From assembly GCA_020632265.1 (NCBI GenBank), contig JACKFW010000001.1, positions 75,785 through 139,784 of the forward strand: a stretch of 64,000 bases of DNA, written 5' to 3'. Within the stretch, counting starts at the first letter, position 1, and each line of letters begins with the position of its first letter. Positions 1-9,394 of this stretch are shown in pieces. The notes under the pieces are model-generated. The model ran no database searches. It worked only from the letters and a program-made list of their open reading frames with translations, and had not been told where the DNA came from. The translations under genes and the position numbers were made by a program. Source of the DNA: Pseudomonadales bacterium (GTDB lineage Bacteria; Patescibacteriota; Microgenomatia; UBA1400; PJMF01).

Positions 1-98
1 TTCTTTAGATCTTTTACGGGACATAAGACACCATTCCGTTAAATAATATTTTTAAGAAACAAAATTTTTGAGCACGTCCAAATACTTACTGCAAATTC

Positions 99-3000
99 TT
101 ACTTCAAATTCTCAAAACTTACATTCGAATCATCATCAACGTCAAACTTAATATATGAAACAAAAGAGTCGTTGTCTGAAAGGTTAGCAAAATAATGCGT
201 TTTCTTGTCCTGATCATATTTGTATTGATATTTACTTTCTCGCGTTATCTCAGTTTCATCATTTTGATTTAATACAAGTTCTCTATTACTGGTAACAATA
301 TATTTATTTATATTCGGGAACTCAGCAAACTTTTTTTCAAGCTCATGTACGAAGTTACTCTCTTCTTCTGTATTTTGCCAGTTCAAATTAGTTGCAATCA
401 CAAATATGTTCTTAATATCTGGCAATTTCTCTATTTCGAGGAAAGAATTGTAGAGAAAGAGTTTTTGATTCGCATCAGCTTGGGAGTTTTCATCCAAGTC
501 TAAAAATATAAAATAATCCTTTTGAGTGAAAAAGTTATGATAGCTAGATTTATATAATTTGGTATTGAGTAGGTCGTAGTTTCCGGCGTTATACAGAATT
601 GGATAATCGACTAAGTTGCCAAAGTTTTGATCAAAATAAGCCATCCAGGAGGCTTCGGTAACATGAATTGGATCGCCGGTTAGAATTAAGAAGTCATTTG
701 TGCTTTTATTTAAACCTGCATTATTTAGATTTTTGATAAAGGATTTAGTCGTGTAAGGTAGTTTGGCTGGATCATTTTGAGGATTTTTAATTGGAGCGTA
801 TCGATTATTTAAAACTGAGAACGAGTAACCATTGGATAATTTACTTGGATCTAAAGTGTTGTTATTGATTGAAGGCGGCGTTTTTGAAACTCGCTCAGCA
901 AGACTGGAAACTTTAAAGAGGTTGCATTGATCATCGCAATCAATTACTTCATAAAAAATATCGAAAGATTTTTTGAAGTTTTCAAAGTTATTTTGAAAGG
1001 TTGAATTATTTTCAATGCCGTAATCTGTAATATATAGCTCGCTATCGTTTGATAGAATATTTTTATAGCTGGTTTCAAGATTTAGTCCCTGCGAATCAGT
1101 TGCCAAATCTGCCCAAACATTTTGAGTTTGATCAAAGTAAGTTTGTTCTGGTGACAGAGGTAAAAGATCATAACTTGGTGTTTTATATAAATCGTAAGAA
1201 AAAGGGTTTATAAGAGTGATTAAATAGTATTGTTTATTTGGATTGGCAAAATATTTATTATCAAATTGAGCATTAAACCTTTTTACTAGCCAGTTTTGAT
1301 ATGCTGGTTTGTTGTTTCTGAAGTTTGTCTTAATGTTTGCAATTAGATTCATTTGGAAAATTGTGCCTAATATGGCTACTAATAAAATCAAGTGAGCGAA
1401 AACTCGATTATTTTCTTTAAATTTTATTAAAATATATGAATAAATAATTGGTAAAGTTAGCGCCAATAAAATAATTTCTAAAAATATTGAATTGGTAAGA
1501 GGTTGGCTTGTAACTGAAAACAGGTTGAAAATAAGAAAGCTGATCATTAGTGAGAAAAATTTTAGGGAATTTTGATGACTGGATTTCTTTTCTGAAGCAA
1601 TTATTTTTGAAATAATAAGATATACGATCAAAATTATTAAAATTGCCAAAGAAATATTTAGATAATAATATGTGCCAGGATCTGAATAAATTTTATAAAA
1701 TGGAACAAGTAAGAAAGAATAAAAGTTTGGATTATTTTTCAAAACTAGACCATTGTCTCTACAAACAGAAAATGCATTGATTTTTAGATAACATTTTGCA
1801 GTGACGACATTTTCGATAGCTTCGGGAGTTGTATCAAAATTTTTCAAAAGACTATTAGTGGCGTATGGGTTTTTATGAAGAGTTAAAAACAGAAGCAAAA
1901 ATGCAAGATAAAAGGTGAAATGCTTTTTGAAGTGTTTGATAATATTAAAAGTGGCATGATGTGTTTTGGAAGGATTTGAGCTTAAGGCCTTAGAATTTTC
2001 TGATTTTAAATTAGCTTTTGTGGATATAGATCCAGCTTTTATAATGATTCCTGCAAAAGCCCAAAAGGTAAAGGCAACTTTGGAAGCAGCGAAGACATCG
2101 ATGTAAGTTGCGTTGATCAGCAAGCCAATAATTGAACCAACAAAACCAATATTTAGAGCAGAAATTAACAGATCTGATTTTTTGATATTTTTATTTGCTT
2201 CAATGAGGATAATTAAGATAAAGCCATAAAATGTAATGAAGCCTAAAAATCCAGTTTCTCCAAGTGTTCTTAGAAAATTATTATCCGTTCCATCTGCTTC
2301 CGAAAACACGCCATTTTCAAGTTGAGAAAGTGCTGCGTAGCCAGAACCAGACAAAGGATTATTTGCTAGGCCCTTTAGTGCTTGTGGCCACAACTCATCC
2401 AAGCGGATTGCCATCGAAATTCCATATTTCAGAGCGTTAGCAGACCAAACACTTTTTTGTGGGATTATTTCTTTGGTTTCAGTGCCATCTTCATTAATAG
2501 TGGTTTTAATATAAAATTCATGTCCCTCTCCGAATAAATCTTCGGGTACTGTTGGATCGGAAGTTTCTGGTGAGATTGAAATTCCTGGAATTTTGGAAAT
2601 AATTTTATTTGCAGTTTCATTTCTTTGAGCAATGGATAAAAGTGCGGATTCTGTTTGTGCGCCAAATAAAGTAATTAATAAAGTGAAGCCAATTAGCAAA
2701 ATTACTAATGCAATTCCACCCCAGCGAAGTTTTTGCCTAAAATTCTTTAATTTTCGTAAATTTAGATAAATTACTGCGAGTAACCCTACAAAATAGGCGA
2801 AAAGAGCCGTTTTTGAGCCACTAGTAATGAGCATCCAGGCGCCGAGCGCATGGGTTAGGTGCAAAATAAGTTTAAAAGCGACTGCTTTGCTAGTTAGAGC
2901 TTTTTGCTTTTTGAGTTTTTTGAGCGGCATTAAACTGATTGCAAAAATTAGTGGTAGAACGATTACGAGATAGGCTGCTAAATCATAGTGACCGGCAAAA

Positions 3001-3596
3001 GTGGATTGAGGTCGGGCATTTTCCTGTAGATAAAGTTTTTCACCTTTGGAATATTCTCTATTCATCGTTGAGTACAATGGAAAATGCATATATTTTTGAC
3101 CAAAGCCATAACCGACAATTCCTAGTAAGGTGATTAACAAAGTGACAACAATAATTTTTAAATGTTGTTTGGTTTTGACTGCAGAATATAAGAAAAAGAA
3201 TAAAGTGAAGTATTCAATATATCTGAAATAATGAAGAGCACTTTTTCCAATATGAATTAGTTCAAAAGGAATGGACTGCAAAAGTGTGGCGCTGATAAGT
3301 ATTGTAGTGAAACCAGCGAATAAATAAGTTAAAACTATCCAAAAATACGGCGTGTTCCAAGAAAACTTTTTTTGATAGGCATCTCTTAGCCAAACTAAAA
3401 GAGTTAGAAATATAAAGAAGTCCTCTGCTCTAACACGGACAATATATCCAGGTAAAATATCAAGGATGGGAATTTTAGGAAATAATGGAATGAAAGCTAG
3501 CAAAAAAGTGCTTGAAACAAACAAAAGATTTGTATTCAGCCAAACAAAGAATTGTTTAGATTTTGACCAAATTATGATATTTTTGATTTTTTTCAT
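99..3596 (-). CDS. Large membrane protein with an N-terminal O-antigen ligase (Wzy_C/WaaL-like) domain fused to a second TM block and a ~430 aa C-terminal soluble domain
   Basis: 1165 aa. N-terminal ~520 aa has >=10 predicted TM helices and O-antigen-ligase family motifs: 'ITSGSKTALFAYFVGL' (the conserved SRG/SKT loop) and 'DNNFLRTLGETGFLGFITF' (H/N-N-x-x-L-x-x-x-x-E-x-G-x-x-G). A second hydrophobic block follows (residues ~560-740), then a hydrophilic Asn/Asp-rich C-terminal domain. Confidence 0.6.
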   Translation of the reverse strand: MKKIKNIIIWSKSKQFFVWLNTNLLFVSSTFLLAFIPLFPKIPILDILPGYIVRVRAEDFFIFLTLLVWLRDAYQKKFSWNTPYFWIVLTYLFAGFTTILISATLLQSIPFELIHIGKSALHYFRYIEYFTLFFFLYSAVKTKQHLKIIVVTLLITLLGIVGYGFGQKYMHFPLYSTMNREYSKGEKLYLQENARPQSTFAGHYDLAAYLVIVLPLIFAISLMPLKKLKKQKALTSKAVAFKLILHLTHALGAWMLITSGSKTALFAYFVGLLAVIYLNLRKLKNFRQKLRWGGIALVILLIGFTLLITLFGAQTESALLSIAQRNETANKIISKIPGISISPETSDPTVPEDLFGEGHEFYIKTTINEDGTETKEIIPQKSVWSANALKYGISMAIRLDELWPQALKGLANNPLSGSGYAALSQLENGVFSEADGTDNNFLRTLGETGFLGFITFYGFILIILIEANKNIKKSDLLISALNIGFVGSIIGLLINATYIDVFAASKVAFTFWAFAGIIIKAGSISTKANLKSENSKALSSNPSKTHHATFNIIKHFKKHFTFYLAFLLLFLTLHKNPYATNSLLKNFDTTPEAIENVVTAKCYLKINAFSVCRDNGLVLKNNPNFYSFLLVPFYKIYSDPGTYYYLNISLAILIILIVYLIISKIIASEKKSSHQNSLKFFSLMISFLIFNLFSVTSQPLTNSIFLEIILLALTLPIIYSYILIKFKENNRVFAHLILLVAILGTIFQMNLIANIKTNFRNNKPAYQNWLVKRFNAQFDNKYFANPNKQYYLITLINPFSYDLYKTPSYDLLPLSPEQTYFDQTQNVWADLATDSQGLNLETSYKNILSNDSELYITDYGIENNSTFQNNFENFKKSFDIFYEVIDCDDQCNLFKVSSLAERVSKTPPSINNNTLDPSKLSNGYSFSVLNNRYAPIKNPQNDPAKLPYTTKSFIKNLNNAGLNKSTNDFLILTGDPIHVTEASWMAYFDQNFGNLVDYPILYNAGNYDLLNTKLYKSSYHNFFTQKDYFIFLDLDENSQADANQKLFLYNSFLEIEKLPDIKNIFVIATNLNWQNTEEESNFVHELEKKFAEFPNINKYIVTSNRELVLNQNDETEITRESKYQYKYDQDKKTHYFANLSDNDSFVSYIKFDVDDDSNVSFENLK

Positions 3597-3603
3597 TGCT
3601 AAT

Positions 3604-5337
3604 CTATTTTACAGCAGATTTGTGGGAATGTGGAAAGGCAATGAGTGAAGTTAAAAATAAAATACTTATAAGTGAAATAAGATCTGAAACTTTTTGAACA
3701 TTGGTTTTTTGAAGAATTAGTTTAATCGTGTGATTGCCCTTATCAACTTGGACAAGAATTGTGCCGTCATCAGCAATTTCTTTTTGAGTAATTTCATCAT
3801 CCACCGCAACAGCCCAAACTGGCAAATCCCAGACAGCTAGATTTATTTTTTGAGGTTTACTGAGAGTTAATTCAACAACCTTTTTTACATTGCCATAGGA
3901 TGGTTTGGAAGTGTGATTGATGATAACAGCGCTTCCCGTAGCATTGAGAATTATTGGACCCGGTAAGACTGGTATTTTTGTAGCAGTGATAGGCATTAGT
4001 TCCCAAGAAATATCGGTAGGACCATTAAAAGATTTTAAGTCTTGGGTGTAATCTAGATCTTGTTTCCAATCTAGAGGCCAAGGTTTTGTGTAGTTTCTAA
4101 TGTTATAAATCATTACCAATAAAATTAATGAAATAAATATCATTCTTTGTTTGCTCGCTAGCATTTGTGAAACTAGACCGATGGCAAATGAACCTACCAA
4201 TGAAGTGGCAGCTAATAATCTCCATGGAAATTGAATTAGTTGTAGCGGATAAATTATTTGCCAGACCGATCTTGAGTGTTCCGTCATTAAGAAAATGAGG
4301 ATGCAAAAAGTAATGAGGAAAATTACTAAAAGTTTTGCTTCTTTTCTTTTCTTTTTTTGGAATATTAAAATAAGGGAAATTAAAAATGAAATCAAAATTG
4401 CTAATCCCACCTGAAAAGAAACGTCATCAGTTTTAAATGATGTAGAACTGCCGTAGCCCCATGCTGAATAGATGATTTGTTTTATTGTAGACCAATGGTC
4501 GGTGTAATCGATTAATACTTCGTTGCCTATTTTTACCCAGGATTTTTCAAGCATAAATGGGAAAAAATAAAATGCTGATAGTAAAACGCCAAAAATTGTA
4601 GAGGATATTAGGGCCAAGACTTTTTGTTTTGAAAAGTTTTTGCTAAGTAAATAGAGCGCGTACGCAGACAGTGGAATAAAGAAAATGATAATTGAGAGAA
4701 GGTGCGAAGTAATAATGCCAGCAATTCCCAGAGTCAAAGGGGCGCTATTTTTGCTGAATATAGGCTGATTTTGTGATTTTCTTGCACGATCTTTCTTTGA
4801 ATCTTTAGCAGTAAATAGCTGATAAAGTCCTAAACCGATTAAGGGTGCAAACAATAAGCCATATGAACCACCGGTTTGACCCGTAACGTAAAGGGTTAGA
4901 AACCTAAAAGGGACAATTCCATATGATATTGTTGCCAGTAGAGCTGGAACTGTATCCAGATGTTTTTTCATCCATAAATAAAAGGTTTGAAGTGAGCAAA
5001 AAATCACCAAAAACTGCATTAGTTTCCAACTCAAGGTAGTGCTAAATCCTAGGCTTTGAAAAAAAGCTGAAACGTAATATGGCAGTGGATAAAAAAACTG
5101 AAAAGTTAAGTAGCCATATGAATAGGCAATTTCTGGTGTCATGCGAACCGGAAATTGGCCGCTTTTTAGTTCTGTGAAAAAATGGAATGACCTGATGAGA
5201 TGGTAATCACCGTCATGAGTGCGATACATGCCAGGTTGAGAAAATGAGTTAAATGTAATGAAGATTGAAAGAAATAGGATAATCAAGAAAGAGAGAAATT
5301 TGGCAGAATTAGTGTTTAAAAGTTTATTAATGCACAC
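3604..5337 (-). CDS. Polytopic membrane protein, candidate GT-C glycosyltransferase (YfhO-like architecture); paralog of 56990..58849
   Basis: 577 aa. N-terminal motif 'HDGDYHLIRSFHFF..GQFPVRMTPEIAYSYGYLTFQFFYPLPYYV' aligns with 'HDYTQGARIVEM...GHFPVRWSQNFGYGYGMPLFEFYAPLPYYV' of ORF 56990..58849. About 9 TM helices, an extracytoplasmic C-terminal domain, and a final C-terminal TM anchor. Confidence 0.45.
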   Translation of the reverse strand: MCINKLLNTNSAKFLSFLIILFLSIFITFNSFSQPGMYRTHDGDYHLIRSFHFFTELKSGQFPVRMTPEIAYSYGYLTFQFFYPLPYYVSAFFQSLGFSTTLSWKLMQFLVIFCSLQTFYLWMKKHLDTVPALLATISYGIVPFRFLTLYVTGQTGGSYGLLFAPLIGLGLYQLFTAKDSKKDRARKSQNQPIFSKNSAPLTLGIAGIITSHLLSIIIFFIPLSAYALYLLSKNFSKQKVLALISSTIFGVLLSAFYFFPFMLEKSWVKIGNEVLIDYTDHWSTIKQIIYSAWGYGSSTSFKTDDVSFQVGLAILISFLISLILIFQKKKRKEAKLLVIFLITFCILIFLMTEHSRSVWQIIYPLQLIQFPWRLLAATSLVGSFAIGLVSQMLASKQRMIFISLILLVMIYNIRNYTKPWPLDWKQDLDYTQDLKSFNGPTDISWELMPITATKIPVLPGPIILNATGSAVIINHTSKPSYGNVKKVVELTLSKPQKINLAVWDLPVWAVAVDDEITQKEIADDGTILVQVDKGNHTIKLILQKTNVQKVSDLISLISILFLTSLIAFPHSHKSAVK

Positions 5338-5424
5338 GTTTAAAAGTATACACTGAATTAAATGTTATTTGATACTTTCAGTAGTATTATTGAATTTTGC
5401 TGGTTGCTATACTAAATTTTAATA

Positions 5425-6867
5425 ATGAAAAAACTTTGGAAAATATTTGCACTTTTATACATTATTTCTTTTTTAACAAGAATATTCTATTTTATTAATC
5501 ATGTTCCTTTTGCTCAAGACCAAATAAGAGATGTGTTGTTTATTAGAGAAATAATTTCTAATGGAAAATATTTTATTCCTTTTGGCCCTTCTACTAGTGT
5601 AGGTAACTTTTTTCTCCCACCGCTTTATTATTATTTTCAATTATTGTCCCATATTATATTTTTTAATAAATTTTATGCTATGGATCTATTTGTAATTTTA
5701 ATAGAATCACTAACTCCTTTAATGATTTTTTTTGTAACTCACAAATTGACGAAAAAAATTATTCCCTCTATTTTTTCTGGTTTGATCTATATTTTTTCCC
5801 CTATGGTTTTAATTGCAAGTTATGCTTGGAATCCAAATTTAATTCCATTTTTTAGCACTTTATTTTTAGTTAGTGTTTTAGTTTATTTTATAGATAAAAA
5901 AAAGCATTATTTAGGATCAGCATTGATTAGTTTTGTTGTATTAATTAATCTTCATTTTCAATGGTTTGTTTTGTTGCCTCTTTTGTTAATTTTACTTTTT
6001 CATAGCTTGAAAAATTTAAAAATTACATGGAAAATTTTAGTTTTCTCTTCAATTTTTTGCATTATGTTAATGTCTCCATATTTATTTGTAGAATTTCAAT
6101 CAAAATTTGGTAATTCAACAACAGCTATGGAATTTTTAAACAACAAGGAGTTAGTTTTTGAAAGAGTAAGAATACCTGCCTATATATCTGTTTTTTTCCC
6201 CAACTTCTTTCATAGATTTTTGTTTAATAATTTGTTTATAAATAATTGGGAATTTCAATATGAAAATTTTGGAGGAACTTTAATAATTAACTCAATATTA
6301 TTTTGGTTGATAATTCTGATTTATTTTAAGTACGCATTGAAAGATTTGAAAAAAAAGAATTCATTATATCCAGCAATTTATATTACAATTTTTACCTTTA
6401 TGAGCTTATTTTTAAGATTATACAAGGGAGATAAACCCGATTACTATTTATATGTTTTTATGCAATTCATGCCGATACTATTAGTTTATTCAATTTCAAA
6501 CATTGTTAGGAAGCACATTGTTAGAAATTCAATATTCATTTTTATTATTTCTTTAGAAATTATATCTTTTTTAAAGATTCCATCCTACAACGCTTATAAT
6601 TTATTTAAAGATATTGCTGATGAAGTTAAACAGTTAGATTCTAAAGTTTATATCGAGACAACTAACCAAGAGCTTGATTTGTCTTTAAAATATTTTTTAT
6701 TAGATGATTTAACTAGTAGTAGTGACATAAATACTGCAGATTACTACGTTTTAGTATGCTATACAAATGAAAACTGCTCTACAAAAAGTGGTAAAAATGA
6801 TGAGATGAGCAACAAAGTAGTTTCTAATAAATTATATTCTGCCGTATTTATTCCAATTAATAAATAA
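5425..6867 (+). CDS. GT-C fold membrane glycosyltransferase candidate ('AWNP'-motif family; paralogs at 38658..40136 and 43642..45438)
   Basis: 480 aa, >=10 TM. Shared motifs with its paralogs: N-terminal 'QDQIRD...GP...G', 'PPLYYYF', and 'SYAWNPNLIPFF' (compare 'SRWAWNPHFVIFW' and 'DRIAWNPNLSFLA'). Confidence 0.5.
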   Translation: MKKLWKIFALLYIISFLTRIFYFINHVPFAQDQIRDVLFIREIISNGKYFIPFGPSTSVGNFFLPPLYYYFQLLSHIIFFNKFYAMDLFVILIESLTPLMIFFVTHKLTKKIIPSIFSGLIYIFSPMVLIASYAWNPNLIPFFSTLFLVSVLVYFIDKKKHYLGSALISFVVLINLHFQWFVLLPLLLILLFHSLKNLKITWKILVFSSIFCIMLMSPYLFVEFQSKFGNSTTAMEFLNNKELVFERVRIPAYISVFFPNFFHRFLFNNLFINNWEFQYENFGGTLIINSILFWLIILIYFKYALKDLKKKNSLYPAIYITIFTFMSLFLRLYKGDKPDYYLYVFMQFMPILLVYSISNIVRKHIVRNSIFIFIISLEIISFLKIPSYNAYNLFKDIADEVKQLDSKVYIETTNQELDLSLKYFLLDDLTSSSDINTADYYVLVCYTNENCSTKSGKNDEMSNKVVSNKLYSAVFIPINK

Positions 6868-6868
6868 T

Positions 6869-7972
6869 TTATTTTAATCCTACAATCTTTCTGAGTACTG
6901 GAATTTTTTGTATTAATAGAATTAAGATGAAGCTAGCGCCAAATGTAATAGATGCGTTCACCAACACATAGATCCACAAATTGGGCATGCTGGGACTATC
7001 GGCTGTAACTCCTTGGAACTTGTTTATGTAATCCATAACAATGGGATGAATAAGGTATATTCCAAAGCTTAATTGAGCTAATTTTTGAATTGATTTAGTA
7101 AATAGATTACTTTTCATTAAAGAATCTGGTATTTTAAATTTCATAATTAGAGTAAACAATGCTAAAGACATTACTACTACGCTAATAGACAGGTATTCTT
7201 CAGCATATGTTTGCCCTCCGATATAAAAAATATCATTTCCATTTATATGCCAAAAAGTATTCAAGTATCCAAAAATTGCTGTAAAAATAAAACCTCCGAT
7301 GAAGATAGATGTCAATTTTTTAAAACTTAGATCTACTCCATATTTCTTGTACCATTGACCAAATAAAAAATATCCTACCCATACAATCCAAAGTGTGAAT
7401 GTATGGAAGACGTCTCCTACCCTCAATGTAAGATAGCGGACAAATGTTCCAAGTATTGCATTGACAAAAAAGAAAATAATTGTGTATTTAATTACCTTTT
7501 TATTATTTGAATTAAATAAAGCTTGAAAAAGCGGGAGGAGGAAATATAAGAAAGCAAGAATTACCAAAAAGTATAGATAAGTATATGTATTTTTTGATAA
7601 ATTGACAAAATAATCTAAGTAGTCATAGGGTTCACTTCGTAATTGGGCTGCAAAGTAACTGTATATATGAAATATGGTGTAAAAAGAAAAAAGAGGAACT
7701 AGGATTCTGTCTCGAACTCTAACTAAATTTTGTTTGATGGAAGTTTCTTTTCCTAGCACTAGATATCCACTTAAAATTACAAAAAGTGGCACGCTCGTTC
7801 TGAAAAGAACATTGAGTATGTATGAAGCCCACCATAAACTTCCATTAAAGAAATCAGGTCTAGCATAAATGGGGCTTAGGATATGAATGCCCACCACAAA
7901 TATAATTGCAATTGATCTGACTAAATCTGCATTAAATGAATATCCTTGTTTAGTTGCTGGTGATGCGTTCAT
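6869..7972 (-). CDS. Acyltransferase family 3 (OatA/WecH-like) membrane O-acyltransferase
   Basis: 367 aa, ~10 TM. N-terminus 'DLVRSIAIIFVVGIHILSP...RTSVPLFVILSGYL' is the typical Acyl_transf_3 opening (R/H-containing first helix, 'SGY'). Confidence 0.7.
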   Translation of the reverse strand: MNASPATKQGYSFNADLVRSIAIIFVVGIHILSPIYARPDFFNGSLWWASYILNVLFRTSVPLFVILSGYLVLGKETSIKQNLVRVRDRILVPLFSFYTIFHIYSYFAAQLRSEPYDYLDYFVNLSKNTYTYLYFLVILAFLYFLLPLFQALFNSNNKKVIKYTIIFFFVNAILGTFVRYLTLRVGDVFHTFTLWIVWVGYFLFGQWYKKYGVDLSFKKLTSIFIGGFIFTAIFGYLNTFWHINGNDIFYIGGQTYAEEYLSISVVVMSLALFTLIMKFKIPDSLMKSNLFTKSIQKLAQLSFGIYLIHPIVMDYINKFQGVTADSPSMPNLWIYVLVNASITFGASFILILLIQKIPVLRKIVGLK

Positions 7973-8056
7973 AATGCTTAAATCTCAATTATTTTTATTT
8001 ATTATATCCGGGTATAATGTTAGAAATATATACCTTCAATTTTTAAAACCATAACT

Positions 8057-9331
8057 TTAAAGTTTTAATTTGTAAGTTTTCCTATATAAAATCATACTAG
8101 TAATCAGTGTAAACACTAACAGTACTACCCTACTGACTATCCTTGTCCAAGCAGCTGCTTCAAGTCCATATTCAGGTACAAAAATTGTATTTCCGATAAG
8201 TACGACAACGAGTTGTAGAATGCCACTAACTGAAAAATACCAGTTGGCTTTGAAACTAAAGAATAAAGCAATAAATGGTACTACTGCAACTGCGATGAAT
8301 GAAGATGCAGTTAACAGGTAAAGAATATTCAGGCCAGAAATATATTCCGAGCCTATGGTAAGTAATATTGATAATTTGCCAAAAGGTAAAAATAGGATAA
8401 ATCCAATTATTGAAAGAATTGCTATTGTGAAAGCTTTTTTAATAAAAGCATTAAGGTCTTCTTTGTTTTTATACTTCGCTACTCTTGGAAACAAAACATT
8501 TCCTAATGAATATGCAATTAAAGCAAACAACATGGCAATTCTAGAAACACCAGAATATAAACCCACTTCATAGGAACTTAGATATTTTTGCAAATATAGA
8601 ACATCAATATTATCGATGAAGCCAGTTGCGATTAAACCTACGGCAGAATGTTTAGCAAGCATTAAAATTTTACTTTGCAATTTAGAATTATGAATCTTAA
8701 AATTTATCCTAGTATCTTTTGTTACAAACTTTTTCCAAAAAAGTACTGGCACTAAAGGAGCGGCAATATACCAAGTAAAAGTAATAAGTGATGAGGTAAT
8801 TCCAGTTATTAAGAGCGCTAAAGCCCATACCAATTTAGTAATTGCCTGAATAATATTAATAAATATTGCTTGATTAAATCTTTGCAAAGATTGCAGGGTA
8901 TTTAATAAATGTTCGTAATAAACAGTCGAGATCCCAATTGTTAGAGCAACCAAAATAATTAAAGGATCAGAAAAATTGAAAACTTTACTGATTGCACCTG
9001 AAAAGAAAATTCCGATTAAGATGATAAAGAATGAAATCAATAATTTATATTTAAGAGTAAATGAATAGATAAAGTTCTTCTCTTCCGTTTTTTCATTCTC
9101 AGAGCCATATCTTAAAATGGCGTTATTGAATCCGAGATCGTTAATTTTAGTTAAAATCATCACAACTGCAAATCCCACTGAAAATTCACCAAATTTCTCT
9201 GGACCCAAAACTCTTGAATAAATCATTAAAGCAATGGCTGAGATACCAGTAGCAAAAGTACTGCCAAATAGGGTTTTGACTGATTGTAGAAGGCCGTCGG
9301 AGGCAAAGATGAGTTTTATTTTTTTATGCAT
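8057..9331 (-). CDS. wzx: Wzx-like oligosaccharide flippase (polysaccharide biosynthesis protein, MOP superfamily)
   Basis: 424 aa, ~12 TM. N-terminus 'TGISAIALMIYSRVLGPEKFGEFSVGFAVVMIL' matches the Polysacc_synt signature (R-x-L-G-P-E-x-F/Y-G). Confidence 0.7.
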   Translation of the reverse strand: MHKKIKLIFASDGLLQSVKTLFGSTFATGISAIALMIYSRVLGPEKFGEFSVGFAVVMILTKINDLGFNNAILRYGSENEKTEEKNFIYSFTLKYKLLISFFIILIGIFFSGAISKVFNFSDPLIILVALTIGISTVYYEHLLNTLQSLQRFNQAIFINIIQAITKLVWALALLITGITSSLITFTWYIAAPLVPVLFWKKFVTKDTRINFKIHNSKLQSKILMLAKHSAVGLIATGFIDNIDVLYLQKYLSSYEVGLYSGVSRIAMLFALIAYSLGNVLFPRVAKYKNKEDLNAFIKKAFTIAILSIIGFILFLPFGKLSILLTIGSEYISGLNILYLLTASSFIAVAVVPFIALFFSFKANWYFSVSGILQLVVVLIGNTIFVPEYGLEAAAWTRIVSRVVLLVFTLITSMILYRKTYKLKL

Positions 9332-9394
9332 TCAAATTAGTATATATTACTTTAAAGATTAATATTACTAAATTTTAGTGCTAGAATTACCCAA

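Noticed and set aside
99-1400. Metallophosphoesterase-like motifs ('GDPIH', 'GNYD') in the C-terminal domain of the ligase fusion protein
   Set aside because: Motif III has Tyr in place of the essential His, and the spacing is not convincing. This is recorded only as a hint inside the ligase-fusion finding, not as a feature call.
2465-2665. Short ORFs from the six-frame track nested within or antisense to long genes (2465-2665, 2939-3133, 3466-3648, 4103-4306, 8355-8573, 10130-10399, 15356-15592, 16615-16806, 19992-20174, 22694-22903, 25564-25749, 26026-26259, 27063-27320, 33495-33698, 34893-35075, 36843-37094, 37187-37372, 38757-39011, 39382-39570, 40084-40374, 40591-40785, 42539-42748, 44222-44452, 45017-45220, 45593-45775, 45839-46021, 48256-48495, 48550-48840, 50609-50919, 52440-52658, 53289-53474, 53948-54130, 55824-56183, 59024-59227, 62034-62282, 62312-62509, 63135-63329)
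   Set aside because: All lie inside, and mostly antisense to, well-supported longer CDSs with clear family motifs. In AT-rich DNA such stop-free stretches arise by chance, and none shows a recognisable motif.
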